Positions 30,834 through 40,590 of a stretch of 64,000 bases of DNA are shown one piece after another (position 1 is the first letter of the stretch; each line of letters opens with the position of its first letter). Source of the DNA: Candidatus Micrarchaeia archaeon (GTDB lineage: Archaea; Micrarchaeota; Micrarchaeia; CAILAH01); NCBI GenBank assembly GCA_038874595.1, contig JAVZCB010000001.1:59609-123608 (forward strand), in the 5' to 3' direction. Under the pieces are notes generated by a model. The model had not been told where the DNA came from and did not search any database. It worked only from the letters and a program-made list of their open reading frames with translations. The position numbers were made by a program, and so were the translations under genes.

Positions 30834-31397
30834 ATGGCAGAACAAAATCCGCGCCTGAAGGATGACCTCCGTAAGATGTATCTCCACGTCAAGACGAGAA
30901 ACATACGCGGGCTCCGCGATGTGTCAAATGTATTCACACAGGACCTTCTTATCTTCCAGGACCCTTTTTATCTTGACCTGGCCCTCTGCTCAATGGTTCT
31001 TGCAAAGATGATTGAGAAGCCAAGGTTTTGGAGATATGAGCAGTGGAAAAATATCCTGTTTTCAATTGAAGATACTCTGAGGCAGGCAGTCTCGCTTGCA
31101 GAGCGAAATGATTCCAAAGGCATTAGCAGGCTTATCAGGCAAGTGCTTCAGAAACTAGGCAATGTGGAGAAGAAAGACAGGAGGTATGTTGACACAACTA
31201 TAATGTCTGCACGCGTGAAAATAGGCTCTACGCTTTACGGACAGGGCCTATCCCTTGGTAAGGCGTCATCATTATGCGGTGCACCCCGTGATGATATTCT
31301 CCGTTATTCTGGAAAAACGCTCATCTCAGACAGGTTTGGTAAAACATTTTCAATAAAGGAGAGGTTGGCAAATGTCGCAGGAATATTCAGAGATTAA
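30834..31397 (+). CDS. Helical protein with C-terminal UPF0175-like HTH (putative antitoxin)
   Basis: LYGQGLSLGKASSLCG matches the UPF0175 pattern; overlaps the PIN gene. Confidence 0.6.
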   Translation: MAEQNPRLKDDLRKMYLHVKTRNIRGLRDVSNVFTQDLLIFQDPFYLDLALCSMVLAKMIEKPRFWRYEQWKNILFSIEDTLRQAVSLAERNDSKGISRLIRQVLQKLGNVEKKDRRYVDTTIMSARVKIGSTLYGQGLSLGKASSLCGAPRDDILRYSGKTLISDRFGKTFSIKERLANVAGIFRD

Positions 31398-32085
31398 TAG
31401 GAATTCAGTTGTATGCGATTCAAGCTCGCTAATCTCGCTTGCAGAGAGCTGCCAGCTTGATGTGCTATCTTTCCTTAAGCAGCATATGTATGGGGATTTC
31501 ATATACCCGCGCACGGTACGGATTGAATCTATGGAGCGGCCGCTCGGGATGCGTGAGCATGCGCTCCGTGCCTTTCGGCTTATGGATTACGAAAAGAGCG
31601 GTGCAATAAAATTTGTTGATTATGACGTCAGCAGGAAGATGCGCGAGATTATGGACATAGCAAATTCAATTTTCTCAGTTGCAGGCAGGCCTATCCAGCT
31701 TGTTGATGACGGTGAGGCCGCCCAGGTTGCGCTTGCAATTGAATTTGGGATAAATACAATACTTATAGATGAGCGGACTACTCGCACTTTGATTGAGGCA
31801 CCGTTCAGGCACAAGGAGCATCTTGAGCGCGAGTTCCGAAAGCCGGTTAGGATGAACGATGCGTTAATGGACGAGTTCAACAGCCTTACCCGCGGTCTTA
31901 AAATCATTAGGAGTTCGGAGATAATACTGCTTGCATATAAGTACGGCTATTTTGACCATTATGGCGAGCTTAAATCGAAAGCGCTTGAGGGCGCGCTTTA
32001 CGGTGTAAAGCTATGCGGGTGCAGCATCAGTTTTGAGGAGATAGATGAGATTATGCGTGAGTTGAATGCAAGACAGCTCTTCTGA
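31372..32085 (+). CDS. PIN-domain protein (DUF3368/COG2405-like)
   Basis: VVCDSSSLI, DDGEAAQVALA, ILIDER acidic motifs. Confidence 0.8.
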   Translation: MSQEYSEINRNSVVCDSSSLISLAESCQLDVLSFLKQHMYGDFIYPRTVRIESMERPLGMREHALRAFRLMDYEKSGAIKFVDYDVSRKMREIMDIANSIFSVAGRPIQLVDDGEAAQVALAIEFGINTILIDERTTRTLIEAPFRHKEHLEREFRKPVRMNDALMDEFNSLTRGLKIIRSSEIILLAYKYGYFDHYGELKSKALEGALYGVKLCGCSISFEEIDEIMRELNARQLF

Positions 32086-32776
32086 TACCGCACACACAGA
32101 ATCGCAGGCAACGCTTGCTGAATCTGCATTTCCTGATACGCCTATAGTATATGCGGATACGCGCGAGGACAGGGCAGTCATAGAATCCCTTGAAGGGCGC
32201 GGCTGCAGGGTTATTGTGAAGCAGCTGGAGATAGGGGATTACATCGTCTCAGACCGCACCGTTATTGAGCGTAAGACACGTGATGATTTTGAAAGCTCTA
32301 TTGTGGATGGGCGGCTTTTTGAGCAGGCATCGCGCATCACGCAGGCGTATGAGAAAGTTGTATATGTAATTGAGGGCCAGGCGTTTAATGAGCGTGTAAA
32401 CCGCAAGGCACTTATGGCAGCAATCTCTTCATTGATACTCAACAACAACATCTCAATTTTCTTCACACGCGACCCCGGCGCCACAGCTGAGCTAATCTGT
32501 GCGCTGGCATCAAAAGAGCAGCTTGAGTCAAGGCGCGTTATACTTCTCAAAAAGCCTAAGAAACACAATGACCTGAATCTATCCGTGTTATATATAGCGT
32601 CAGCAATCCCGATGATAGGCGAGAAGACAGCAGAAAACCTGCTTATACACTTCGGCTCGCTGCAAAACCTTTTCAACGCGACCGAGCAGCAGCTCGCTGA
32701 AGTGAAAGGTATTGGAAAAAAGCGCGCACGCGAGATTGCAAAAATAATGCGGGCAAAATATATCCCCCGCTCATAA
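32066..32776 (+). CDS. xpf: ERCC4/XPF nuclease with HhH2 domain
   Basis: DTRE, GDY, IERKT..DF, GRLFEQ, tandem HhH (IGEKTA, VKGIGKKRA). Confidence 0.92.
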   Translation: MQDSSSDTAHTESQATLAESAFPDTPIVYADTREDRAVIESLEGRGCRVIVKQLEIGDYIVSDRTVIERKTRDDFESSIVDGRLFEQASRITQAYEKVVYVIEGQAFNERVNRKALMAAISSLILNNNISIFFTRDPGATAELICALASKEQLESRRVILLKKPKKHNDLNLSVLYIASAIPMIGEKTAENLLIHFGSLQNLFNATEQQLAEVKGIGKKRAREIAKIMRAKYIPRS

Positions 32777-32791
32777 ATATCTTTTTAGCAA

Positions 32792-33043
32792 CTATCCAAG
32801 GCGGTCAACTGCAACCACATCTATGCTGCTTACATTTGGGAATCCCTGCAGCTTCTCTTCTAGAGGTGTGCTCCCGTCTTTCTCCTCTGCATAAAATAGT
32901 GCTTTTATTGCAAGCGCGCCAAACGCCAGCTCTTCCTTGCCAATCTGTACTGGCCTAAGCTCCTGCTTTATCTTTGCAATCAGCTCATCGACTTTTTCCT
33001 GCTCATCAGGGAAAATTCTTATCAACACTGCAACTTGTGCCAT
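32792..33043 (-). CDS. ef1b: Elongation factor 1-beta
   Basis: MAQVAVLIRIFP...EELAFG...LEEKL. Confidence 0.8.
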   Translation of the reverse strand: MAQVAVLIRIFPDEQEKVDELIAKIKQELRPVQIGKEELAFGALAIKALFYAEEKDGSTPLEEKLQGFPNVSSIDVVAVDRLG

Positions 33044-33075
33044 TCATTTCACCTTTCCATATTTTTCATAGGTCA

Positions 33076-33681
33076 TTATTTATAAAACTCAAACTCCTCC
33101 TCATCTTCCTCAGGCTGCCATCTTGTCCGTAAAACAGACCCCTTCTCAAACATCTTGGCGTATGCCCACCCAAACACGAGCCCGCCCAGATGTGCTGCGC
33201 TCGCAACCCCTGAGTATGGGTTGAATGTCCCGAGAAACTCAAGGATTACCCATACAATTGCAGCACTGCTCATCCGCATCGGGATAAACCAAAGATATAC
33301 TACAAGGTCAGGGGTGAGCACCGCGAGCGCCCCGAGTATTGCGTATATTGCACCGCTCGCTCCAAGTGCCGGTATTGGGGGTGCAATCCCAATAGCGATT
33401 GTGATGTAATACAACAGCGACCCAATTATTCCGCCTGCAAAGAAAACCATTATGAATTTGTCTGTTCCAATCCGGCTTTCAAGAATTGGGCCGAACATAA
33501 ACAGCGCGAGCATATTAAAGAAGATGTGAGTCAGGTCAGCATGCAGGAATATAGAAGTGAAGAATCTCCACGGCTGTGTGAGAGCAACCGCAGGGTCAAA
33601 TATGAACATTTCTGTAAACCCAGGTATCACTTCGAGGAAAAACGCAAGAAACATCAACCCTATAAGGTAGAATGAAATCAT
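33076..33681 (-). CDS. Rhomboid intramembrane protease
   Basis: PWR..TSIFLH, HIFFNM, GASGA, AHLGG. Confidence 0.95.
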   Translation of the reverse strand: MISFYLIGLMFLAFFLEVIPGFTEMFIFDPAVALTQPWRFFTSIFLHADLTHIFFNMLALFMFGPILESRIGTDKFIMVFFAGGIIGSLLYYITIAIGIAPPIPALGASGAIYAILGALAVLTPDLVVYLWFIPMRMSSAAIVWVILEFLGTFNPYSGVASAAHLGGLVFGWAYAKMFEKGSVLRTRWQPEEDEEEFEFYK

Positions 33682-33784
33682 CAGTAGTATTCAGCAGCAT
33701 AAAACTTAAATTAAGTAGCAGCATTAATCCTATAGGTCTTGTAAACTTCGGTTTATACAGACCTACAAGCCAGAAGGCTTGCAC

Positions 33785-33948
33785 GGGCCCGTAGCTCAGC
33801 CTGGATAGAGCGGCAGCCTTCTAGTCCTTTTTCTTTCTTGCAGGCAAGAAAGAAAACCGGCACTAAAAGAAAGAAATGGAGGCGTGTCCAGTAATGCGCT
33901 TCAGGATAAGTAAGCTGAGGGTCGTGGGTTCAAATCCCATCGGGCCCG
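33785..33948 (+). tRNA. tRNA-Arg(TCT) with 89-nt intron (33824-33912)
   Basis: GGGCCCG acceptor, GCTC/GAGC D arm, CAGC-CTTCTA^A-GCTG, GTGGG-TTCAAAT-CCCAT; relaxed BHB. Confidence 0.93.
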
Positions 33949-33966
33949 CTTTAATTTTTCAAACGG

Positions 33967-34878
33967 CTATTCTATCTTGGGTTTGGTTACAATTTCCATA
34001 TTTCCTTCATAGGTGATAATGCAGTCTTTTTCCAGTCTCATTTTGAAAAGTACTTTTCCATTATCTCCCTTAAGGTATCTTAGGTTAGGATCTGTTTCAT
34101 CGTGTACAATTTTTACATCGTTGTTCTGTGTTGAATATGGATGTATCCGCTGGTAACTTCTCTTATCATTATCATACCTGCGTATAATTACGGCTATCGG
34201 CGTTGTTATGATTATCCATCCATTATGAATTTCATAATTGGTTTTTTTGACGTACTCCTCATCGAGTAGGTTGGAATAAAATAAAGTCCCTGAGGTTGGT
34301 ATTGCAGTATCATTTTTAATTATGCTGTTAATTGAAAGGAACCCAACAACACCTTTTTCTGTAATAAATAGTATCCCATTAAACAGATTATCTCTATAAT
34401 CAATAGTTGCCGCAACTATCTTATCTTGGAGGGTATCATACTTATCACCAAGGTTTGTGATTCTGCTAAAACTGATTGTGCTAGAATCAACATCTAGGTA
34501 GTTACCCATAAGTGCTATCTTGTTATATCCAGGCAACGGGATAACATCCCCGTTTTCTGTAACGGCAATTGATATATCATTATGGCAGGATAATCCAACG
34601 GCTTTTTTAATATTTAGGTATGGTTGAAATGATTCTTTGCTGAGTAATTCCTTAGTTTCACCACTCTCCAATTTTTCAAAAAACGAGTAAATTATAGAAC
34701 TACTTTTAAAATCATATCCGCAACGTGCACTATACGTCCCGTAATCAATCTCAGAAACTAAAGGTTCCTTTTGCTTAAATCCATTTGAAGACCCAGACAT
34801 TAAGAGCGCGGCAGCAACCGCGCCACAGACCCATTTCTTAATATTACTAATTTTTTTACTTGGCATAAGGAAACACAA
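33967..34878 (-). CDS. Hypothetical AT-rich, probably secreted protein
   Basis: Signal-like N-terminus (KKWVCGAVAAALL); composition differs from core genes. Confidence 0.65.
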   Translation of the reverse strand: MCFLMPSKKISNIKKWVCGAVAAALLMSGSSNGFKQKEPLVSEIDYGTYSARCGYDFKSSSIIYSFFEKLESGETKELLSKESFQPYLNIKKAVGLSCHNDISIAVTENGDVIPLPGYNKIALMGNYLDVDSSTISFSRITNLGDKYDTLQDKIVAATIDYRDNLFNGILFITEKGVVGFLSINSIIKNDTAIPTSGTLFYSNLLDEEYVKKTNYEIHNGWIIITTPIAVIIRRYDNDKRSYQRIHPYSTQNNDVKIVHDETDPNLRYLKGDNGKVLFKMRLEKDCIITYEGNMEIVTKPKIE

Positions 34879-34957
34879 ATATTTGAACCAAATACCCCTT
34901 TATAAACGTTTTTAAAAAATTTAAAAAAAGGACCAAACTACTCTCTATAAATGATTC

Positions 34958-35881
34958 TTATTTTGACTTCTCATCTTTTTTGTAAATGATTTTTATTTTG
35001 TTTTCTTTCACGCACTTCTCAATACCACCATAATCTTCTATTGCATTGGCGATCTCCCGCGTTTTAATCTCTAATTCATCATTTCTATATGATGTGTCTA
35101 GTTTGTATGATTTATCTTTTTTGTTATATTCATATACATTAACACTTGTATAGATAGCATCCTCCCAATTTTTCGATTTAGGGTCAGTTAAAGTTTTGTA
35201 AACATCTTCCTTCTTCAAATCTGAATTAAATGACACTTTAAATACAATAACCTTATCCCCTAATTTTAGTACTCCAGTTGCATTAGTTTTGCCTTTTAAT
35301 CCGGATGCTTTCTCAATCTCCTCTACTGCCTTTTCAGCTGCCATCTCCAATCTTTTTTCAGCAGTTTTTTTATCATTTTTCTCTAAATCTTCTTTGATTT
35401 TTTTCAAATCTTCAACCTGCGCCAATACCTCTTCATCAGAGCGGATGGGTTTACCTATAACAAGTTCAGGCTGGAATGAGATTTCGCGTTTTGTCTTACC
35501 TTTTTCTTTTTTGTCAGTTTTTTTCATTTCGGTGGGAGGCGTGAACACCAATTCGGTACGCTCAGCAATCTTCGCCTTGCCGGACTCGATCAGCCTGTAA
35601 TTTTGAATATCTTCCTTGGCAAGGAAAAGCCGGCCTTCCTTATTCATGTTTTGCTCGTTAGTCAGGCAGCTGTACAGCCATCTCAATTTTTCGTTTGATT
35701 TTATTTGCTTATCATCTTGTAAGCTAATGCTCTTAACAAGCAGCTTAATCTCTTCATTGGTCAAGTTTTTGAGTATCCACTCACGCGTGTTTTTTGTGAG
35801 CTGCTCATCCATCCATTTCTTTTCCTTTTCAAGCTCATCCTTTTTCTTTACAGCAACATTATTTGCCATTTTTATCCCCAT
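34958..35881 (-). CDS. Hypothetical Lys/Glu-rich protein
   Basis: 307-aa ORF, AT-rich. Confidence 0.65.
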   Translation of the reverse strand: MGIKMANNVAVKKKDELEKEKKWMDEQLTKNTREWILKNLTNEEIKLLVKSISLQDDKQIKSNEKLRWLYSCLTNEQNMNKEGRLFLAKEDIQNYRLIESGKAKIAERTELVFTPPTEMKKTDKKEKGKTKREISFQPELVIGKPIRSDEEVLAQVEDLKKIKEDLEKNDKKTAEKRLEMAAEKAVEEIEKASGLKGKTNATGVLKLGDKVIVFKVSFNSDLKKEDVYKTLTDPKSKNWEDAIYTSVNVYEYNKKDKSYKLDTSYRNDELEIKTREIANAIEDYGGIEKCVKENKIKIIYKKDEKSK

Positions 35882-35970
35882 ATACCAATCTGCCGCAACG
35901 TATTAATACCTTTCTGTGTGTGTCGTGCAAGCTGTCAGCTATTTTTATTTATAAATGGTGATATACACAT

Positions 35971-36660
35971 ATGGCAAAGATAGACGCAATCCTGTTTGAC
36001 ATGGATAATACATTGCTTGATTTTATGTATTACAAGCGCGAGACTGCAAAAGCTGTTGCAAAAGCAATGATTAAGCACGGTCTGCCGGCCACCGAGAAAG
36101 AGGTTATCGACAGGATATTCCAGATATACAAAGAAAAAGGCATAGAGTACCAGAAGACGTGCTATGATATTGTTTTTCCGTATAATCTTGAGATTAATCT
36201 GGCAGAGAAGATACAGCACGCAGGCATAGTTGCATACCAGAAGAGAAAGTTTGAGGCCCTGTACCCATACCCAGGTGTCAAGGAAACGCTTTCAAAACTT
36301 AAAAGGAAAGGTCTTAAGCTTGGCTTGGTATCAGATGCGCCACGAAACAAGGTATGGGACAGGCTTATCATAGCAGGGCTTGAGGATTTCTTTGATGTTG
36401 TCGTTTCACATTCTGATACGTTACAGTTCAAGCCGCACCCGTCTTCGTTCCAGCTTGCTCTGAAAAAGCTTGGCCTGCCTCCAGTGCACGTGCTTTTTGT
36501 GGGCGATGACCCGTCACGTGACATAAAAGGTGCAATGTCGCTCGGTATGAAAACTGCACTTGCAAAGTACGGTGAGACGTGGAAACAGCACCAGCGCCAA
36601 GATATAATCCCCGATTATACTTTAGACAAGTTCGAAGACCTGCTTGATATTTTACGTTAA
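35971..36660 (+). CDS. HAD-superfamily hydrolase (subfamily IA)
   Basis: FDMDNTL, KPHP, VGDD..RDI.GA. Confidence 0.93.
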   Translation: MAKIDAILFDMDNTLLDFMYYKRETAKAVAKAMIKHGLPATEKEVIDRIFQIYKEKGIEYQKTCYDIVFPYNLEINLAEKIQHAGIVAYQKRKFEALYPYPGVKETLSKLKRKGLKLGLVSDAPRNKVWDRLIIAGLEDFFDVVVSHSDTLQFKPHPSSFQLALKKLGLPPVHVLFVGDDPSRDIKGAMSLGMKTALAKYGETWKQHQRQDIIPDYTLDKFEDLLDILR

Positions 36661-36751
36661 GTAAACTACAATTTCATATTTTAGAGCATTGTGGATATCC
36701 TCTTTTGATATTTACGTTAAAGTGTGCTCGTTTAAATCCTAAAGTTTAGAA

Positions 36752-38599
36752 TTATCTTTTAATAGATATATAGAATACCCATATACCGGTTATAACAAAT
36801 ATCAGGCCATGCATAAGCAGTACTTGTAAGTAGATTGGAGCAGGTGAGTTATAAATAATTGCAGATTGCATTGCCGTCATGGCCTGCGTTAGCGGTGATG
36901 CCAGGCCGATAGCCGCAACCTGTGATGGCATAAACTCAAACGGGAATAGCAAGCCGCTCAGGAATAGCAGAGGGAGACCTACCACAAGTGATGCGAGGAA
37001 CGCTGTGGCCTCAGAATCCGAATAAAGCGCAATGATAATCCCGATAGCGTTGAATATGAATACAGTAAGTGCCAGCACCTCCAGCAGGAACACGCTGACC
37101 TGGATATCAGAGAGCGGGAATGCACCGAACACAACGGATGCAAGCAGGAGCAGCACGATTGCACTCGGCAGCATCACGACAGTATAGCTGGCTACCTTGT
37201 ACAGGATAAACTCAATAGGGTGCACCTGTGCAAGGCGTATTCTTGCAAACGTCCCGTAATATTTCTCTTTTACGAGCGATGTCGATGATAGGAACAGCGC
37301 AATGAACATCAGCACCAGCGGCAGCATGCTCGGGAGCAGGAAATCAAAGAAAGGCCTCTCACCCAGAAGATGATGTGATGAAAGCACTATTGGGGAGATA
37401 ACCGTGGACGGTTCACGGGATGTTATCTTATATATTTGTATGCGGCTCTTTCCAATAATCTCCTCAAATTCATACGTCTTGTTTATTATCAGGTCAAGCG
37501 AGTAATCAATTTCCTGGATGGTTTCCAGCGCAGATGCGCGGTTTTCCTCAAGCTCCGCCACAAACCGCGACATTGCACCAAGCTTTGCGTAAGCGTCCGC
37601 GGAGCTGTTTTTTGCAGATGCAATATTAGTTTTGAATTCCTGTATTGTGAGGTTTGCGGTGCGGAGGCCTGCACGCGCTTCGCGTATCTTCATTAGCCGT
37701 GATTCAACCGCCACGTGCGCCGGTGATACGGTCGAATTGAGCGAATCAAGCGTTACACACAACGGTGCTGACATTGGGTTTGAGCAGTCTATACTACCCC
37801 TGGCCGCGCTGATTGCATCAGTTATGTTTGACAGTGAGCCGTTTACGGCCACAAGGTCAGATTCGGTCTGGGCTAGTGCCTCTTCGTACGATGCAAAATC
37901 AGATTCGATTTTTGTGAGGTTTTCTTCCGCATAGCTCAATTTATTATATGTGGTATTCAGAGTAGCATTGGCAAGCAAAAGATTACCCTTTACTAAATTA
38001 ATATCAAGCGAATTCAATGAATCCGCAGTGGATTTGAGTTGTCCTTTCATTTGTATTGCGCGCGTGCGCGTGGTGCGCGTCTCTTCCAGCAGTTGCACAA
38101 GCTTGGCATCAGCATCATTAAGCTGTGACCATACCTCTAATATGAACTGCCTCCCAACCTCCTGGCCGGTCTGCTGCACAGCAGCTGCCATAAGAGACTG
38201 CAATGAGGGTGACACCTGGAACCTTGAATTATCAAGGAATATCTTTACAACCTGTGCCTGCCCGTTCACGATACCGTTCTCAAACCCTTTTGGGAGCACA
38301 AACGCTGCAGCGAGCCTGCCCGCTTTAACCTCATTGTATAGTGTTTCGCTGCACCGCGCACCTTTGTATTCAACGAGCTCAGTCGCATTAGCCAGCCCGG
38401 ATACGAACAGCCTCGAAAAATTGCTTCCATCTTCATCACAGTAGCCCATCCGTGTCTTTTTAAGCTCAACAGATGTGCCGCTGAAAACAAAGCTTAGTAT
38501 GATGATTACAAGTGCTGGCACTGCAAGCATAAGCAGCAGTGTGCGGCCGTCACGTGTAAACTGCCGCCAGTCCTTTGCAATCTCACTTTGGAGTTTCAT
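36752..38599 (-). CDS. ABC-2 type permease with long extracellular coiled coil
   Basis: N-terminal TM, about 250-aa helical insert, C-terminal TMs with FLSGLLFP...PLT. Confidence 0.85.
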   Translation of the reverse strand: MKLQSEIAKDWRQFTRDGRTLLLMLAVPALVIIILSFVFSGTSVELKKTRMGYCDEDGSNFSRLFVSGLANATELVEYKGARCSETLYNEVKAGRLAAAFVLPKGFENGIVNGQAQVVKIFLDNSRFQVSPSLQSLMAAAVQQTGQEVGRQFILEVWSQLNDADAKLVQLLEETRTTRTRAIQMKGQLKSTADSLNSLDINLVKGNLLLANATLNTTYNKLSYAEENLTKIESDFASYEEALAQTESDLVAVNGSLSNITDAISAARGSIDCSNPMSAPLCVTLDSLNSTVSPAHVAVESRLMKIREARAGLRTANLTIQEFKTNIASAKNSSADAYAKLGAMSRFVAELEENRASALETIQEIDYSLDLIINKTYEFEEIIGKSRIQIYKITSREPSTVISPIVLSSHHLLGERPFFDFLLPSMLPLVLMFIALFLSSTSLVKEKYYGTFARIRLAQVHPIEFILYKVASYTVVMLPSAIVLLLLASVVFGAFPLSDIQVSVFLLEVLALTVFIFNAIGIIIALYSDSEATAFLASLVVGLPLLFLSGLLFPFEFMPSQVAAIGLASPLTQAMTAMQSAIIYNSPAPIYLQVLLMHGLIFVITGIWVFYISIKR

Positions 38600-39551
38600 T
38601 AGCTGCACCCTCACGAAGTTTTGCACCCGTCAGTTTCAGGAACACATCCTCAAGCGACGGCCGTGATATTGAAAATTCAACAATCTTCTCTTCGTGCTTT
38701 GCAAATATTTTGGTTATATCCTGCACCAGTGCTGAAATATCATCAGATTCAACAATAACTCCGTGCTCAGTAGGCGTGATTAGCGAGATGCCTTTAACCT
38801 TACGCAGTTTTTCAAGTATTGCATCATACCTCCCAGGGATTGATTTTATCCTTGCGATCTCCCTGCCAGCCATTTTCTTGAGCGTTGCAGGCGTCCCGTC
38901 AGCAACCACCTTCCCGGAATTCATAAGCACAATGCGCGTGCACAACGCCTCCGCTTCCTCAAGGTAATGCGTTGTTAAAAGCACGGTTGCATTGGTATCA
39001 CGCGCCACTTCACGGACGGCTTGCCACATGCTATTCCTGACTGCTGGGTCCAGCCCAGTGGTCGGCTCATCTAAAATGATAATCTTTGGGTTATGCATAA
39101 GCGCACACGCCAGGTTTAGCCTGCGTTTCATGCCTCCTGAGAGGCTTGCTGCAGGCACATCTTTCTTATCAGCAAGGTTCAGCTTGCGCAACAATTTATC
39201 CGCGCGCGTATCTGCCTCTCTACCCGAGATGCCATAAAGTGAGCCAAAGTAAAGCAGGTTTTCTTTACACGTGAGTAACGGGTAGATTGCATTATCCTGG
39301 GGTGCTACACCAATCAGCTTACGGTTTGATTTTGAGATGTTTTCCTCAAATATTGTTAATTCACCGGCGGTTGGCTCCTCAACACCTGCAATTATATTGA
39401 TGAACGTGCTCTTGCCGGCACCGTTCGGCCCTAGCAGGCCTATTATCTCGCCTTCATAAATATCAAGTGAGAACTCCTCAAGCGCAGTTTTATCAGGGTA
39501 TTTCTTAGTGAGATTTTTCGCGCTTATCACGGTCGCCATACATCTAAACAT
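38583..39551 (-). CDS. ABC transporter ATP-binding protein
   Basis: GPNGAGKS, LSGGMKRR, LDEPTTGLD, TTHY. Confidence 0.95.
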   Translation of the reverse strand: MFRCMATVISAKNLTKKYPDKTALEEFSLDIYEGEIIGLLGPNGAGKSTFINIIAGVEEPTAGELTIFEENISKSNRKLIGVAPQDNAIYPLLTCKENLLYFGSLYGISGREADTRADKLLRKLNLADKKDVPAASLSGGMKRRLNLACALMHNPKIIILDEPTTGLDPAVRNSMWQAVREVARDTNATVLLTTHYLEEAEALCTRIVLMNSGKVVADGTPATLKKMAGREIARIKSIPGRYDAILEKLRKVKGISLITPTEHGVIVESDDISALVQDITKIFAKHEEKIVEFSISRPSLEDVFLKLTGAKLREGAANETPK

Positions 39552-39603
39552 CCCAACAATCTTTTATAAATTCAACAGTATGGATTACCAATTACCCACT
39601 GCA

Positions 39604-40095
39604 TTAATTCATAATGAGTATGAAGTAATTCAGGATACCTGCAAAACTCACCCATAAGAGGTATGGCACCTGTAAGAGAGCGGCTATCCTGTTTATTTGA
39701 TAGAACCTGAAAATCATATACACTATTGATATCCAGAGCAGCAGTATTACAATTAACCCATATAACGGCGACTGCAACCCAAAGAAAGCAAACGACCATA
39801 ATACGTTAAGTGCAAGCTGGACCGCAAATACTGCCAGTGCAGGAATTCTCTCCTTATGCCCAGAAGTATAAATAAGATATAGCGAGACACCCATCAATGC
39901 ATAAAGTGTTATCCAGACAGGTGAGAACAGCCAGTTGGGTGGCCTGAACTCCGGCTTTTCAAGCTGTTCGTACCAGCTTTCGATGTTAGGTATAGTAAAC
40001 AAGGAACCAATAACACCAGCCAGTTCACAGGTAAGGATGGCAATGATGAGCATTCCTGCTTTTTTAATTATTTGGCTTTCAGGTGTTCTTTTCAT
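39604..40095 (-). CDS. tspO: TspO/MBR family protein
   Basis: WYEQLEKP..PPNWLF.PVW, QLALN.LWS..FF, PYLLWVSFA. Confidence 0.95.
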   Translation of the reverse strand: MKRTPESQIIKKAGMLIIAILTCELAGVIGSLFTIPNIESWYEQLEKPEFRPPNWLFSPVWITLYALMGVSLYLIYTSGHKERIPALAVFAVQLALNVLWSFAFFGLQSPLYGLIVILLLWISIVYMIFRFYQINRIAALLQVPYLLWVSFAGILNYFILIMN

Positions 40096-40098
40096 GTG

Positions 40099-40268
40099 TG
40101 GAAAACATCAGCACTTAAGCATAAAAATACTACTTCCTAATGTAAATTTGGCATTCTGTAGTATAAATCTAAGTTGTATTAATTTACGATTTTTTCATAA
40201 GAAAACATTACACTGATTTTTTGTGAGATGGAAAACATCAGCACTTAAGCATAAAAATACTACTTCCT
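40099..40268. repeat. 40-bp perfect direct repeat (40099-40138 and 40229-40268)
   Basis: TGGAAAACATCAGCACTTAAGCATAAAAATACTACTTCCT twice, 130 bp apart. Confidence 0.9.
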
Positions 40269-40314
40269 TTAATGTAATCTGCCATTAATTTTAATGATGG
40301 TGGGGTGGCCCATT

Positions 40315-40590
40315 ATGGCAAAAAAATCATCAGATGAAAACGAACGCAAAATCTCCCAAATTGTTGAGTTTATGGATATGCTGATGGGTGATAATACTAT
40401 CCCCCGAAACATCAAGAAAGCAATAAGCGATGCAAAGGATAAGCTGCTCGCACCCGGGGACCCGGTTTTTCGTGCAAGCTCTGCAGTGTATACGCTTGAG
40501 AATGTAAGTGAGGATATAAACCTGCCGATGCACGCACGCACACAAATATGGAACATAGTCAGCACCCTTGAGACGATAAAGGAGAAGTGA
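40315..40590 (+). CDS. UPF0147 family protein
   Basis: D.TIPRNI, ED.NLPMHARTQIWNIVS.LE. Confidence 0.88.
   Translation: MAKKSSDENERKISQIVEFMDMLMGDNTIPRNIKKAISDAKDKLLAPGDPVFRASSAVYTLENVSEDINLPMHARTQIWNIVSTLETIKEK

Noticed and set aside
33922-33948. Shared 3' sequence of the two tRNA-Arg genes as att sites
   Set aside because: Both copies belong to complete tRNA genes in inverted orientation; no truncated direct repeat was found.
36644-36721. Short repeat TTGATAT(T)TTACGTTAA at the end of the HAD gene
   Set aside because: Only about 16 bp in an AT-rich convergent terminator region; insufficient support for an element.
40099-40268. Possible mini CRISPR array
   Set aside because: Only two copies, a 90-bp spacer, no cas genes; the repeat contains a promoter-like element.
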